Shown piece after piece: positions 26,601 through 36,310 of a DNA stretch of 60,000 bases. Position numbers and translations under genes: made by a program. The DNA lies in the NCBI RefSeq assembly GCF_018350175.1, contig NC_058369.1, positions 560,001 to 620,000 on the forward strand, written 5' to 3'. Position 1 is the first letter of the stretch. Every line of letters starts with the position of its first letter. The notes beneath the pieces are model-generated. The model did no database searches. It had not been told where the DNA came from and worked only from the letters and a program-made list of their open reading frames with translations. This stretch comes from Felis catus. Lineage: Eukaryota.

Positions 26601-29600
26601 GCATCAGCATCACGGGACACCACGTCTGGATGTGGAGCTGTGTCGGGGACACGTGTGGAGGAACTTCATCGGGGCTCAGAGCCAGGCAGGGCCGCCAGCC
26701 CCGAGGCACGGCAGGCCAGAGAGGGTCTCGGGCCGCGGACGGACCAGCTGCGTCCGGGCTGGGCGACGGCGGCCACCAAACAGAGGGGCCGGGGCATCCC
26801 TTGCGGGACGGGGCCCCGTCCACAGGGCCCTCCCACCCCCCTCCCACTGACTCCTCACCCTGGGAGGTCTGGGGGCCAGACGAGGCCGGCGTGCGCCCCC
26901 AAGGGCCAGGGGGGCCCCTGTGCTCCCATCTCCTCCAGGCCTGGCCAGGGGTTTCCTGGGCGGCCACAAAGCGTCCCAGATGGAGAGGGAGGACTTAAAC
27001 GACACACCGGTGTGCCCCGATGGCCCCGCGGGGGAGACACCCCAGGTCAAGGTGTCACGGGCCGCGATCCCCGGGAGGCTCCAGGGGAGGCCCCTCCTGC
27101 CTCGCCCAGCTCCTGGCCACGTGGCTCACTGTGCCTCGGGGTCACGTGCTTCCTCTGTGTCTGTGTCTCTCCTCCTTTAGGGTTAGGGCCATCGTGATCT
27201 GGGATCACCTCATCTCCATCTTCAGCGAAATGACACCCACAAAGACCCTGTTTCCAAAAACGGTCTCATTCCGAGGCTCTGGGTGGACCCGGATTTGGGG
27301 GACACTGGTCCAGGCTCCAGATCCCTGCCCGGCCAGGCCGCGTGGACAACGGCCAGCCTCCTGAACTGCGCTTGTCTGGCTGTAGCGGGTTTGAGCTGAC
27401 AGGTCCGAGCCACAGCCTCCCAGACTGCCACCCCCACAGGCCCCCACTTCACAGGGAAAACAGGCTCAGGGCAGCTGAGCCTCTGGGGCCCTCCAAGCTG
27501 GCCGGTTCCCAAACTGCGTGCCTCAGCGAAACCACTGGGGCCATGGATTCCAAACTTCCCAGGGAGACCACGCTGCCCGGCTGCTGCCAGCCCCAGCTTC
27601 CGATCGCACTGGGCTCCTTCCCACGAATCCTCTTGCGGCGCCCGGTGTCCGGGCCGCCACGAGGAGTCGCGTGCCATTAGAGACGCCTGCCGGGGAGGGT
27701 CCCCCCGATTCTCCAAAAAAAGAGATCACACGCATCTCTTCCTTCGGTTTGGGCGGGTGACGCTCTCCAAATAGCTGCCGTTTGGGGACATAAATGCCAA
27801 CAACGGGGTTTGTGCCGGACAGAACGTCGTTCTGGCCGGGGGCGCGGGGAACACGGCGGACCCTTGCCGAGACGCTAAGTAAGGCACCCAGACGGAGCAG
27901 GCGCGGGGGCCTCTGCCCAGGAGAGGAAGGCGCTAAGGTCTGGGAAAAGCGCATCAGATGCTCCACGGTACCGCCCCACAACCCACGGCGGGGGCGTGAG
28001 CAGCACGTGGACAGGTGTGGCCCCTAGCCCAGCTCTCTCGCTGCCCGGAAGCCGCCCGGACAGGCCCACGCGGGCGTGGCTGTGTGTTGGGAGCCCTCAG
28101 GCCAGGCCTGCAGTAGAGGGGAGCACTGGTTATTCCCAAGTACAAGCCGTGGCTCCCTGTGGCCCTGAACCCAGCCCAGGGCCCGGCCAAGGCCACCAGT
28201 GCGTGGCACGGGCCTCCGGGAGCACGTGGGGATCGAAGGGTGACTCTGGCTCCAGGTCCCTACCTGAGGAAAGTCGCCTGTCTTTGGCAGGAAGCTGGGG
28301 GTGGCGGCGGAAGGTCCGCAGCTGGTGTCCGCGCAGGGCTGGCTGACGATGAAGGAGGTGGAGTTCATGAACTGGCTGCAGGCAGACAGGGAAGGTCAGC
28401 CCTCGGGAGCCTAAGGGAGGGCTCTGGCATCCGAGACACTCAGCTCAGAGCAGAGGCCCCCGTGCCTCCGTCCCGGAACACAGTGCCCCGGAGAGACCTC
28501 AAGCCTCTGGCTCCGTGCTCTGGGTCCTTTCCACAGGCCATTCCTTGGCCTGGTTGTGGGCCGGCTCCCCCGGCAAACTCCTACTGACTCTTCAAAACCC
28601 AGGTCTCCATCGCCCTCTGCAGGCAAGTGCCCTCCCCGCTCCTTTGCCCCCAAAGTTCTCCCCCGCTGCCCAGGGCCACCCCCTGCCCAGAGGGTACCCA
28701 CAGAGCCCTCCCAGGACTCTTCATCCCTACCACCTTTGCCCTTTTTCCTGGCGGGCTCTTTCTAAGACAAGGCACGGCCGGTCAGTCTCGGCTGCCTCCG
28801 TGTGGCCAGGGTGCAGCCCACGGCCCCCTCAGCAGGACACTGAAGCCCCTCACGTGCCACGAGCCCTAGTTTTGTTTAACCAGTGGCTGCAGAGCCACGC
28901 GAGGCCTCGAGGGCACTGTGGCCACCCAGCGGGACGTGGCGGGGCTTGCTCGGACCCTGGAGGCCAGAGGAACTTACTGGCTTTCGCTGGAGAAGGCTGG
29001 GTACGGCGTGGGCGAGAAGGAGCTCCACCACGGGTAGTGCAGCATGGTGTTCTGGAACAGACCAAGAGCGTCAGGAGGGGCTGCCCCGTGGAAGGGGCGG
29101 GGGGCTCCTCAGTGAGGAGGGGGTGAGGACTCTGCGACCCCGTCCAGGTAGAAACGTCACCCTGTGGGTCCCACCTGGGTCACCTAGGAGTCACTTAACC
29201 ACCTAACAGCTCGGGACCTCAGTTTGCCCATCTGCATGGGAGAGCCCACCGAGGGGAACTCGTCCACACCCGTGAAGGGCTCGGGCCCGGGTCTGGTGTG
29301 CCGCTGCTGTAGGCCCCTCTGTGGGCAGGGCGGGGGTGGGTAGGTGTGACCCACCTCCGGACTGGAGTGCCTCCAGAACCCCTGAAGGGGCCTGGGCAGC
29401 CCATCCGAGGGTCTGACCGGGAGCCCCCATTTCACACAGGATCCAGGCGCGCTGGTGGGCCAGGGACTCTGCATGGAGGCCCCCCAGTTCTAGAAAGCGC
29501 AGGGTGGGACTGGGCGAGAAGCAAGGCCGCATGAGCTCCCCCCTCCAATCCAGCCCCGAGGGAGGCGCCCGTGTGGCAAAGAGGACTTCGTTAGAGGGCC

Positions 29601-32600
29601 TCCCACCAGCACCAAGGACCGGTCCCCACTCCAGCCCCCTCCCGGGAGGGGGGAGAAGGGACAAGAGCCTGGCCTTCTGAGAACTCCCTCTGGCCAAGGG
29701 TGTTCCTGGAAACCCCCAAGCCTGTCTGGCCCAAGAGCGCAGCACAGGTAGGGGTCCTGGGGAGCCTGCTTTGAGAAACACTGATGGGAGGCTGGAAGAG
29801 TGAGCCTGAGGTCAGCGGGGACTTGAGGGGCCCTGCACTGGGCGCTGACCGGACCGACTCAGGGTGGAGGGCTGTGGACACTCACGCCCCCCGCCTTCCG
29901 TACGAAAGAAGTGGCTCGTCCCACCTTGACACAAAGCCTGCCGAGCAGGGGTCCCTCCCCTAACCCACAATGTGGCCCACGTGGGACCATGTCGGGGAGG
30001 TCCCCGACCAGCGGTGGGGAGAGGCCTGCTGGCGGCCGTCACTGTCCCCTACTTGTCCTAGCTGGCTCTGCCAGACGGCGTGTCCAGAGACGGAAGCGCA
30101 GCGGCCTTCCCACTGGTCCACGCGGGTCCTGCTCCTCAGCGAGGCCGCCGGGAACCGATCCCCCAGCCACGGGACCCGTGAACGACAGCTGGCCCGGAAC
30201 CAGCCCAGATGGCTGGGAGACCAGGCGCCCTTCTGTGTATGGCGCCTGTGTCCGGGAGGGAGGAGCCGGCCCTGACTTCCCATCACTGTGCGTTCCCCCC
30301 CAGCACCCCACCCCTGCAGAGCGGTCGGTGCCACACGTCCAGCCGCAGAGAGCCAGAACTTGGGAAGGAGAGACGCACGCTCCGCGAAGGGGCTGTGCCT
30401 GCTCTTCTGGGATCTGCCCGGGCTGTAAGATGGGAGCAGCTCCAGCACGAAGGCTGGAGGAATCATGGAGGAATCGCCGTGGAAGCCTCCGGAAGGCTCC
30501 CCCTCCAGGGCACTCCCGGAACGCGTCCACAGCAGAGACCACACTCAGCCGCTTCAATGAACTGGCATAACCCATCCCAGGCGCACACGTGGCCCCGTGG
30601 GCACACAGCAGGCAGGGCCGGCCTCAGGGCTTCAGGGGGCTCCCGGCGGTGGAGGGCCTTCATTTCCTCAACCTTCGCCACCGCACCCAGAACCCCAGGT
30701 CTTCTAGGACCTTGGGGCTTCAGCCAGGAAGCCGGAGGGTGGGAGGTCACTCCTGCCCCAGCTCAGGGGCACCACACAGCTGCCAATCAGAGCCCACCTC
30801 GGTCTTTCCCACTTGAGGCCAGAAGGGTGGCCACACCTTTAGAGGGCAGGCCCCTGGGTCATGATTGGTCCAGAGAGGAGCCCCTGAACCCAGCCAGCCA
30901 ATCAGAGGTTTCCTTGGGATTTTCCACTTAAGGCCAGAGGTACGTCTTTGCCTTTAGAGGGCAGGCCCCTGGGACATGATCGGTCCAGAGATGGATGCCT
31001 GACCCCTACCAGCCCATTCGAGCCTGCCTGGGGATTTCAGGTGGAGACAGAGAGGCTGGCCTCTCCTGGGGAGAGGCAGGCCCTGGGACATTAATCCAAG
31101 GCTGCCCAGGCCGCCTGTAAGCTGACGTAAGAAGAGAACACTTTCACTAGGGCAGCAGATAAAACAAGGCTGCCACATAAAATACGGGGTGTCCAGTGAA
31201 ATTGGCATTTCTGATAAACGACAAACAATTTTTAGTGTAAACGTTGCATAGAACACACACACTAAAATATCACTTGCGTTTATGTGAAACTTAAACGTTT
31301 CATTAAAGGTCTGTAGTTTCAGTTGCTAAATCTGGCCACCTCAATGACACTGGCAGTCCTGGGGTAGGTCTCCTTCTCCTGACGGTGGCCCAGCCCAGCC
31401 AGGACAGATAAAGGGGAGTGGCACAAAGTATCCTGACCACACCGACCACATACACGCTCAGCGTCAGCGGGAGCTGCACCCAGAGTGGCCCGGGTAAGGG
31501 ACAGCCCCCACAGCTGGTAGCCCACCAGGGACAGGCTCAGTGTGCAGCCTGGGGAGGAGTGGCCCAGCCTCAGAAAGAGCCAGAGTCGGGCTCGGAGAGG
31601 CACATCCCTTGCAATGGGTCCCCACGGCAGCCCAGGCGTGCCCCGTCCTCCCCGTCGGCATATAGGCCACCATTGAGAGGGTGTGGCCCCAGCCCAGAAT
31701 CTGTGACCCTACCCAGTGCTCCTTCCGACCCAGGAATTGATTCAGAAGGACACCCTCCTGCCCAATCCATGGGGACGGGGTGGGGGGGGGCACACAGTGC
31801 TATTTATAGCAGCAGAAAACTGGAATCACCCCAAAGGCCCAACAATAGGGAAATCATGAAGCAAGTTATGGGATGCCGACAAGAAGGAATCCTGCAGCGC
31901 TGTTAAGAATGACAAACGCACGCTCTGAGACTACAAAGCGGCGGGACATAGAGCCCACACACTGACTGCCAGGGGCCAGATGGCACGTGGGGAACAGGAA
32001 GGCATCGCCATGACGACGTGGGCAGAAGTTCAGAGGGGAGCTGGGGGACACGGAGGGTCAGGGGACATGTGGACACAGCTCCAACAGGAAAGGGAGAGAG
32101 GAGGCACACGGTGACGTCTGGGACCCTGGCCAGAGGCGCTGGACGTCAGCCGAGGCCTGGAAGTGTTACCTTCGGGGGTAACTCATTTCTGCCTTCCCCA
32201 GACTGATGGCTCACCGACACAACTTCTGTCCCGCGCCTCTTACGTGAGGGTACCACGTGGGCGCATCTGGACGGAGACTGAATTCTGCTTTCCCAGGTTC
32301 CTCCTGATGGTTCTGGGCATCGGGCCCTGAGCTAGCCTGACCCCAGCGGCCCACTTCCCGGCTCCTCTCAAACCCAGGCTCGATCCTTGCTCTCTCTTGC
32401 CACCCGGCCCTCCTCCCGGCCCCAAACCAGCAGGCCCGAGGGGCAGGCGGCAGCTGACGCTTTCCTGAAGGAGGGACCCCGTGGCAGCCCCAGCCACGTG
32501 CACCCCTTGCCACTGTGTCCCGACACCCTTCTCCCTCCCTTCCCGGCAGCTCAAGTCTCTCTACTCAGAAACACCGTTTGCTTTTCTACAGGAGAAAGAA

Positions 32601-33687
32601 CCCTGGTTTCGCCCCAGAAACCGGGAGCGGGGGGGCTCCAGGCCTGACTTGGTGCACAATTCTGAACCCTTCTCTCCACGGGGCCCTTTGCAGTTGCTGG
32701 AACCTGTGGTGCTTTTACTTGAGATACTTCACTAGCTGTCAGGACCTGGGAGCAACTGAGACGCCCTCCAGCAGGTAAACCGGTCCATAAACACGCAGTG
32801 GCCCGGCCCAGACGAGGGAATATTACTCGGCACTAAAAACGGGCCATCGAGCCGCACAGAGACACGGAGGAGCCTCAGACGCACAGCACTCGGTGACAGA
32901 AGCCAGGCTGAGGAGGCGACACACGGGGTGGTTCCAAGTCCAGGATGTTCTGGACAAGGCAGGACCACGGAGGCACGGCTGCCGGGGTGGGGGAGGGTGA
33001 ATGGGAGGAGCACAGGAGTTTCAGGGCCGTGGGTCTACTCCGGACGACACCGTGGTGGTGGGCAGGTGTCCGTGACATTCGTCCGAACCCACGGGGTGTG
33101 CCGCACCAGGAGTGACCTCGTGTCCGCTGTGGACCGTGGTTCGTCACGTTCGGTGCTGGCTCATCCGTTGTGATAACTCAGCAGGGTCACTAATGAAAAA
33201 CGTTATCGATGGGGAAAGTGGGAGAGGTGGAAACTTTCTGTCCAATTTTTCTATAAACCCTAAACTGCTTAAGACACAAAGTCCATTAAATTGAAAATAG
33301 GAAACCTTGGTAAAAAAGTCCACGTCACAGAGGCCCCAGCCCCTGTCCTGCAGGGAAGGCGGCGGCAGCCCAGGCCTGAGCGTCTCCCTGAAGGCCCGTC
33401 ACGGCCTTGGCAAACAGACCTGACGGCAGGCGGGCACCCCGAGGCGTCCCCCTGCCGGGCCGGGGACCGGGACGTCTGCTCGAGGCCCTGGAAAGGGAAG
33501 CTGCGGCCGCACCCGCCCGCGAGGGCAGCGTCCCCCCCGAGGCCGACTGCGGATGGCGGGGGCTCACCTGGACGCCGGACCCGCACAGCGGGGTCTGCAG
33601 CGGCGGCGGGCTGTACAGGATGCCGCCCGCCGGCGGGGGTTCGTGCTGAGGAAACTCGCCGTCCATGGCGGGCCCCACTGCCAGCAT
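719..33687 (-). CDS. SBNO2: SBNO2 (strawberry notch homolog 2; DExD/H-helicase-like nuclear co-regulator), spliced CDS of exons 2-26, 3' end beyond window start
   Basis: 25 GT-AG bounded exons join in phase (3052 nt) to give [10 protein letters not shown]...[10 protein letters not shown] (Walker A)...[11 protein letters not shown] (DExH)...YASATG...RTHRSNQ...KYDMGIL, matching the recalled SBNO2 sequence. Confidence 0.98.
839..1003. repeat. 40-43 bp minisatellite, 4 copies, spanning the exon 26 acceptor
   Basis: Unit TCAGGAACTT(GGT)GATGGAGCAGTCTGGGGGGTGGGGGGTGC starting at 839, 881, 921 and 964. Confidence 0.95.
1111..1185 (-). CDS. SBNO2: SBNO2 exon 25 ([25 protein letters not shown])
   Basis: tgcAG acceptor, GTGAGT donor, 75 nt. 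Confidence 0.95.
1400..1508 (-). CDS. SBNO2: SBNO2 exon 24 ([10 protein letters not shown]...AAFFR)
   Basis: ctcAG acceptor, GTGAG donor, 109 nt. Confidence 0.95.
1589..1660 (-). CDS. SBNO2: SBNO2 exon 23 ([24 protein letters not shown])
   Basis: gcAG acceptor, GTACC donor, 72 nt. Confidence 0.95.
1771..1883 (-). CDS. SBNO2: SBNO2 exon 22 ([13 protein letters not shown]...RLESL)
   Basis: ttcAG acceptor, GTGAG donor, 113 nt; helicase motif VI-like QQFGRTHRS spans exons 21/22. Confidence 0.95.
1968..2103 (-). CDS. SBNO2: SBNO2 exon 21 ([18 protein letters not shown]...IQQF)
   Basis: cccAG acceptor, GTGAGT donor, 136 nt. Confidence 0.95.
2587..2718 (-). CDS. SBNO2: SBNO2 exon 20 (MTGRKGRVV...FMSGEK)
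   Basis: cccAG acceptor, GTGGGG donor, 132 nt. Confidence 0.95.
3283..3452 (-). CDS. SBNO2: SBNO2 exon 19 (PLCPLQRD...GGPEHVAE)
   Basis: tgcAG acceptor, GTGAG donor, 170 nt. Confidence 0.95.
3700..3891 (-). CDS. SBNO2: SBNO2 exon 18 ([10 protein letters not shown]...GLPADDR)
   Basis: tgcAG acceptor, GTGAG donor, 192 nt. Confidence 0.95.
4949..5031 (-). CDS. SBNO2: SBNO2 exon 17 ([27 protein letters not shown]), basic NLS-like segment
   Basis: ttttAG acceptor, GTAAGC donor, 83 nt. Confidence 0.95.
5693..5790 (-). CDS. SBNO2: SBNO2 exon 16 ([17 protein letters not shown]...FVSAA)
   Basis: AAG acceptor, GTGAGT donor, 98 nt. Confidence 0.93.
6291..6467 (-). CDS. SBNO2: SBNO2 exon 15 ([10 protein letters not shown]...ELARDK)
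   Basis: tgcAG acceptor, GTGAG donor, 177 nt. Confidence 0.95.
7308..7461 (-). CDS. SBNO2: SBNO2 exon 14 ([13 protein letters not shown]...RAALL)
   Basis: cgcAG acceptor, GTAAG donor, 154 nt. Confidence 0.95.
7867..7972 (-). CDS. SBNO2: SBNO2 exon 13 ([14 protein letters not shown]...AIEK)
   Basis: cccAG acceptor, GTGGGT donor, 106 nt. Confidence 0.95.
8207..8324 (-). CDS. SBNO2: SBNO2 exon 12 ([11 protein letters not shown]...YASAT), DExH box
   Basis: ccAG acceptor preceded by the U12 branch sequence TCCTTGAC; GTGGGG donor; 118 nt. Confidence 0.95.
8325..10540 (-). other. SBNO2: U12-type (minor spliceosome) GT-AG intron 11 of SBNO2
   Basis: 5'ss GTATCCTG; branch TCCTTGAC (8347-8340) with the A 16 nt from the AG; no extended polypyrimidine tract. 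Confidence 0.9.
9965..10272. repeat. ~300 bp polypurine (GA-rich) low-complexity tract
   Basis: Almost only G and A on + (GGAGGAGGG/GAAGAG units). Confidence 0.95.
10541..10684 (-). CDS. SBNO2: SBNO2 exon 11 ([11 protein letters not shown]...WCGEAFDGV)
   Basis: cccAG acceptor, GTATCCT donor, 144 nt, phase 0-0. Confidence 0.95.
10764..10854 (-). CDS. SBNO2: SBNO2 exon 10 ([14 protein letters not shown]...ALSK)
   Basis: ctAG acceptor, GTGGGT donor, 91 nt. Confidence 0.95.
10934..11067 (-). CDS. SBNO2: SBNO2 exon 9 (QHEVLLPSG...[10 protein letters not shown]...KKSL), Walker A
   Basis: cgcAG acceptor, GTGAGT donor, 134 nt. Confidence 0.95.
11148..11302 (-). CDS. SBNO2: SBNO2 exon 8 ([14 protein letters not shown]...YACQ)
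   Basis: cgcAG acceptor, GTAAC donor, 155 nt. Confidence 0.95.
11628..11724 (-). CDS. SBNO2: SBNO2 exon 7 ([15 protein letters not shown]...YVPSK)
   Basis: ttcAG acceptor, GTGAGT donor, 97 nt. Confidence 0.9.
11979..12062 (-). CDS. SBNO2: SBNO2 exon 6 (LLLPHGPW...PLLVSYQ)
   Basis: tccAG acceptor, GTGAG donor, 84 nt. Confidence 0.9.
12412..12615 (+). mobile_element. CAN-SINE (SINEC_Fc-like)
   Basis: GGGGAGCCTGGGTGGCTCAGTCGGTTGAGC head, CT-rich body, A tail. Confidence 0.9.
14323..14484 (-). CDS. SBNO2: SBNO2 exon 5 ([10 protein letters not shown]...SAQDK)
   Basis: cacAG acceptor, GTCAG donor, 162 nt. Confidence 0.93.
14560..14800 (+). mobile_element. Ancient L1M(B-like) 3' end, GC-shifted
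   Basis: GAAACGTCCAGAAC...GTTCTGGAATTAG motifs of L1MB 3' ends. Confidence 0.7.
17432..17656 (+). mobile_element. CAN-SINE
   Basis: GGGGCGCCTGGGTGGCTCAG head, (AAAAAC)n tail. Confidence 0.9.
18230..19060 (-). promoter_or_regulatory. SBNO2: Intragenic CpG island / alternative SBNO2 promoter
   Basis: Very high CpG density; GC boxes; octamer ATTTGCAT at 18644-18651; contains the alternative first exon. Confidence 0.8.
18517..18561 (-). CDS. SBNO2: SBNO2 alternative first coding exon ([15 protein letters not shown]), splices in phase 0 to exon 5
   Basis: GCGCCATG Kozak context, AAG|GTAAC donor, inside a CpG island; resembles the recalled human short-isoform N-terminus MSQLQLWLQFEALNK. Confidence 0.8.
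19370..19625 (+). mobile_element. CAN-SINE (SINEC_Fc)
   Basis: Near-consensus head, GGTTCGAGCCCCGCGTC B-box, A-rich tail. Confidence 0.92.
19820..20610 (+). mobile_element. Ancient L1M 3' fragment, strongly GC-shifted
   Basis: Degenerate L1 3' region ending TGTTCTGGAATTAGA...GTGGTTGCACAATTCTGTGAAT. Confidence 0.7.
20645..21195 (-). mobile_element. Cluster of three CAN-SINEs (~20645-20762, 20805-21021, 21030-21195)
   Basis: Each ends in CCAGGCGCCCC on + with upstream T-rich tails. Confidence 0.9.
21870..22260 (+). mobile_element. MLT1 (MaLR) solo LTR
   Basis: TGAATTGTGTCCCCCC...GACCTTATTTGG...CTTTGCA...TTAAGATAAGGTC...GACTGGTGTCCTT. Confidence 0.8.
23260..23712 (+). mobile_element. Ancient L1M(B-like) 3' end, GC-shifted
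   Basis: ATGTTCACAGCAGCACAATTCACAGT...TTCCTTTTGGGGTGATGGAACATTCTGGAATTA. Confidence 0.8.
24938..25070 (+). mobile_element. Short CAN-SINE
   Basis: GGACTCAGCCAGTAGAGCATGCAACTCTTGATCTTGGGGTCACGAGTTCAAGCCCCA plus A tail. Confidence 0.8.
25600..26015 (-). mobile_element. MLT1 solo LTR
   Basis: TACCACAAAC...GGCTTAAAA...GTTCTGGA...CAGAAGTCCAAAAT. Confidence 0.75.
26950..27315 (-). mobile_element. MLT1 solo LTR (GC-shifted)
   Basis: AAAGACCCTGTTTCCAAAAACGGTCTCATTC...TTTGGGGGACAC. Confidence 0.7.
28264..28375 (-). CDS. SBNO2: SBNO2 exon 4 ([14 protein letters not shown]...GDFPQ)
   Basis: tgcAG acceptor, GTAGG donor, 112 nt, phase 2-0. Confidence 0.9.
28978..29051 (-). CDS. SBNO2: SBNO2 exon 3 ([24 protein letters not shown])
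   Basis: tccAG acceptor, GTAAGT donor, 74 nt, phase 0-2. Confidence 0.9.
30782..31100. repeat. Degenerate ~115 bp tandem repeat (~2.7 copies) with CCAAT boxes
   Basis: GCCAATCAGAG at 30782 and 30897; CCTTTAGAGGGCAGGCCCCTGGG(T/A)CATGAT(T/C)GGTCCAGAGA present twice. Confidence 0.85.
31165..31342. mobile_element. MER53-like palindromic MITE
   Basis: ATAAAATAC...CCAGTGAAATT...GATAAAC...GCTAAATCTGGCCACC. Confidence 0.75.
32780..33295 (+). mobile_element. Ancient L1M 3' fragment
   Basis: GGAATATTACTCGGCACTAAAAA...CAATTTTTCTATAAACCCTAAACTGCT. Confidence 0.65.
33568..33687 (-). CDS. SBNO2: SBNO2 exon 2 coding part with start codon (exon spans 33568-33759)
   Basis: [31 protein letters not shown]...; ccccAG acceptor at 33761-33760; CAG|GTGAG donor. 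Confidence 0.92.
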
Positions 33688-35719
33688 CGGGCGGCTCCAC
33701 GACCCAGGCCGCCGAGGCGTCTATCTGGGCTTCTTGCTCCTGGGCGGCGGCATCATGACCTGGGGGGAGAGACGGCACATCCCGAGGTCAACCTCTGGAG
33801 TCCCTGCGAGGCTGGCGCCGAGGGGGTGGGATCAGCACAGCAGGCCCCTGATACGGGAGGGTGTGAGCCGAGGCTCCCCCAATGTCGCAGCGGTGACAGG
33901 CGCCCCTCTGGGTTCCTGGACTCTTCCCGGGGGCTGTGCTGGCGCAGGTAGGGGGCCCGGACCCCAGCTCAGCCTGAGCGTGCTAGCGTGCTCGAGCAAC
34001 CCCTCGGCTGCCGGGACAGGAGCGCACGCGGCCCCCGTGCTCCAAGCGCACCAGGGGACCCTAGCTGCTGCCTGGCAGCCCCTCCTGGGGACGCTGCGCC
34101 TGGACCTCCGACCACAGGTCCCACCCAGGCATCAAGCGCCACCAAGTGGGGCTCCTGGCCACAGAGGGGGGGCCTGAGACAGAAAGAAGACCAGCCCCAG
34201 GGACAGATCTCCAGGACGGTGGCAGCCCTTCCAGTGAGGCTGGGCCACCCGACCGCTTTCCCTCCCTGCCCATCACGCGACCAGCTCAGGCCCTGGGGGG
34301 ATGCTCCGGCCATCTGGGCCCCACAGCCAGTAGCGGAGACTCAGCTGATCCCGCGGGCCTGGCTCTGTGACCTGGCATGTCTGAGGCTGTGAGGCAAAGT
34401 CCAACTCAGCAAGCACCTCCAGGCTGGGGGCCAGTCCTGTCCCCTTGCAGCCAGAGCAGGTTTGCAGAAGGGGCTCTGGGGGAGTCAGGGCCAAGCTGAG
34501 CCAGGAAGTGGTAAGGACACACAGCATCCCCACTGAGAATGTTCCTGTTCTCGAATGCAGGCAGACCCAGCCGGGAACATGCCTGCCATAGGAGCCGACA
34601 ACAGATACACAGGATTTCCCACACGATTTCCATCTGCCCCGTGGACTGTGGCCTAGGCTCCCCGGCCCTCCCCCCCCCCCCCCCCCCCCCCCCGCACCAC
34701 TGCTCCTGGCTGAGCCCGGACCCTAGGCCGGCCCCTGTGCTCCTCAGTCAGGCAGTGGCTGAGGACATTAATCACCGAGGGGGGCAGGAAGGGGAGGCAG
34801 CTGCCACTCCCGGCCAAGCCCTGGATGAAGAAATCCTCGGGACTTCCAGTAATCACTGTCCGCACACGGGCAGCTTATGCAATCCCTCAGGGGGTGGGGA
34901 GGGGTTGCCTTCACCCCAAGCTCCTGGCCAGAGAAGGGGCCCGCGGGGCCAAGCTCCAGCCAGCTCCAAGCCTTGGTGCTGCCCTGCTCGCCTCCGCTGC
35001 TCTGGGCGAGCCACGGGCTCACACCTGCCGGGAAGACAGCACTTCCCCCTGCCTCGGTGGCCCTGGCCTGCTCCGGCCTGTGCCCTCCAGGCTCCTGGCT
35101 GGGGACCTGGTGGGACACAGACCTGGAAGCCGGGAGTGTGAAGTCCTGAGGTCTCGCTCCACAAACAAACACACAGCTACTCGGTGATTTGGGGTCTCAG
35201 CCCTTCCTTTTAAAGATTTCGGGCTCAGGCAGAGGTGGTCAAACCCAGCTCAGCCTTCTAACAACTGGATTATTATTTGACAACTCAGGGACACCTCAGC
35301 TCCTCTGAGCCCCGGTTTTGCTCAACAGGAGAACTGAGTTGTTTGGAGGTACATGGGCAAGGCTGGTCAGGCACTCAGCAGAGCCCAAGGCCCCAGCAAT
35401 CCAGTGACCAGTTAGGTGACCGCTGGTTTCACTGAGGCCCCAGGAAATCTCCTGGATTTGGGGGATACCCCTCGAGGGGGCTCTGCCCCCAGCACCTGGG
35501 ACAGAAGGCAGGCAGGAATGACCTTAATTCAACAGAGGAAACATATAGCTGACCACAGGCATTGGCCAGCATCCCCTCAGCCCTGGGGTTCGACCGCCCG
35601 CCCCTTCTCTGCAGCAGGTGCTTGAGATGTGTCCCCCACCCGAGGCCATCTGTTAAACCCTGTCCATACCCCACGTGTCCCGGAGTGAGGCTGAACCCCT
35701 CCCACAAACAGGTGCTTCC

Positions 35720-36310
35720 AGGCTCTGCAGCCACTGAGCCCTGGGCTGCCCCTTTAGAAAAGCACCATCCAGAGGCCACAGGCCAAGGAGCACGGTGGTG
35801 CTGTGGGCAGCTCCCCAGGAACCCGAGAAGAAACGGAAATACTTATCCACATAAAACCTATACACACACGTTCACAGCAGCGTGAGTCACGACGGTGTGA
35901 GGATGGCAGAACCCAATGTCCGTAAACCGGTGAGTGGATAAACACAATGTGCCCACCGCGCACGCGCACGCCCCTCAGGTGCATCTACCGCGCACGCGCA
36001 CATCACTCAGCCCCGAGCGGGAGCGAGGCGCCCACCCCCGCCGCCCCGCGAACGGACCTGAACGCATGACGCTCAGGGAGGAAACCCGACACCAGACGCC
36101 ACACGGGGTGAGTCCACGTGTAGGAAACGTCCAGAACAGGCCCATCCACGGACAGGAGCGGGGCTCGTGGCGCCGGGGGAGGAGTGGGGGTGATGGCTGG
36201 GGGCGGGGTTCTGGAATTAGGTGACGGGGATGTTCGTACATTGTATAGTGGAAAACACTGAATCGTCCGCGTTGAAAGACCCAGTTTTACACTACGAATT
36301 TCACACTGTG
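35720..36310 (+). mobile_element. Ancient L1M(B-like) 3' end, GC-shifted core
   Basis: TCCACATAAAAACCTATACA...GTTCACAGCAGC...GAGTGGATAAACACAATGTG. Confidence 0.8.
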
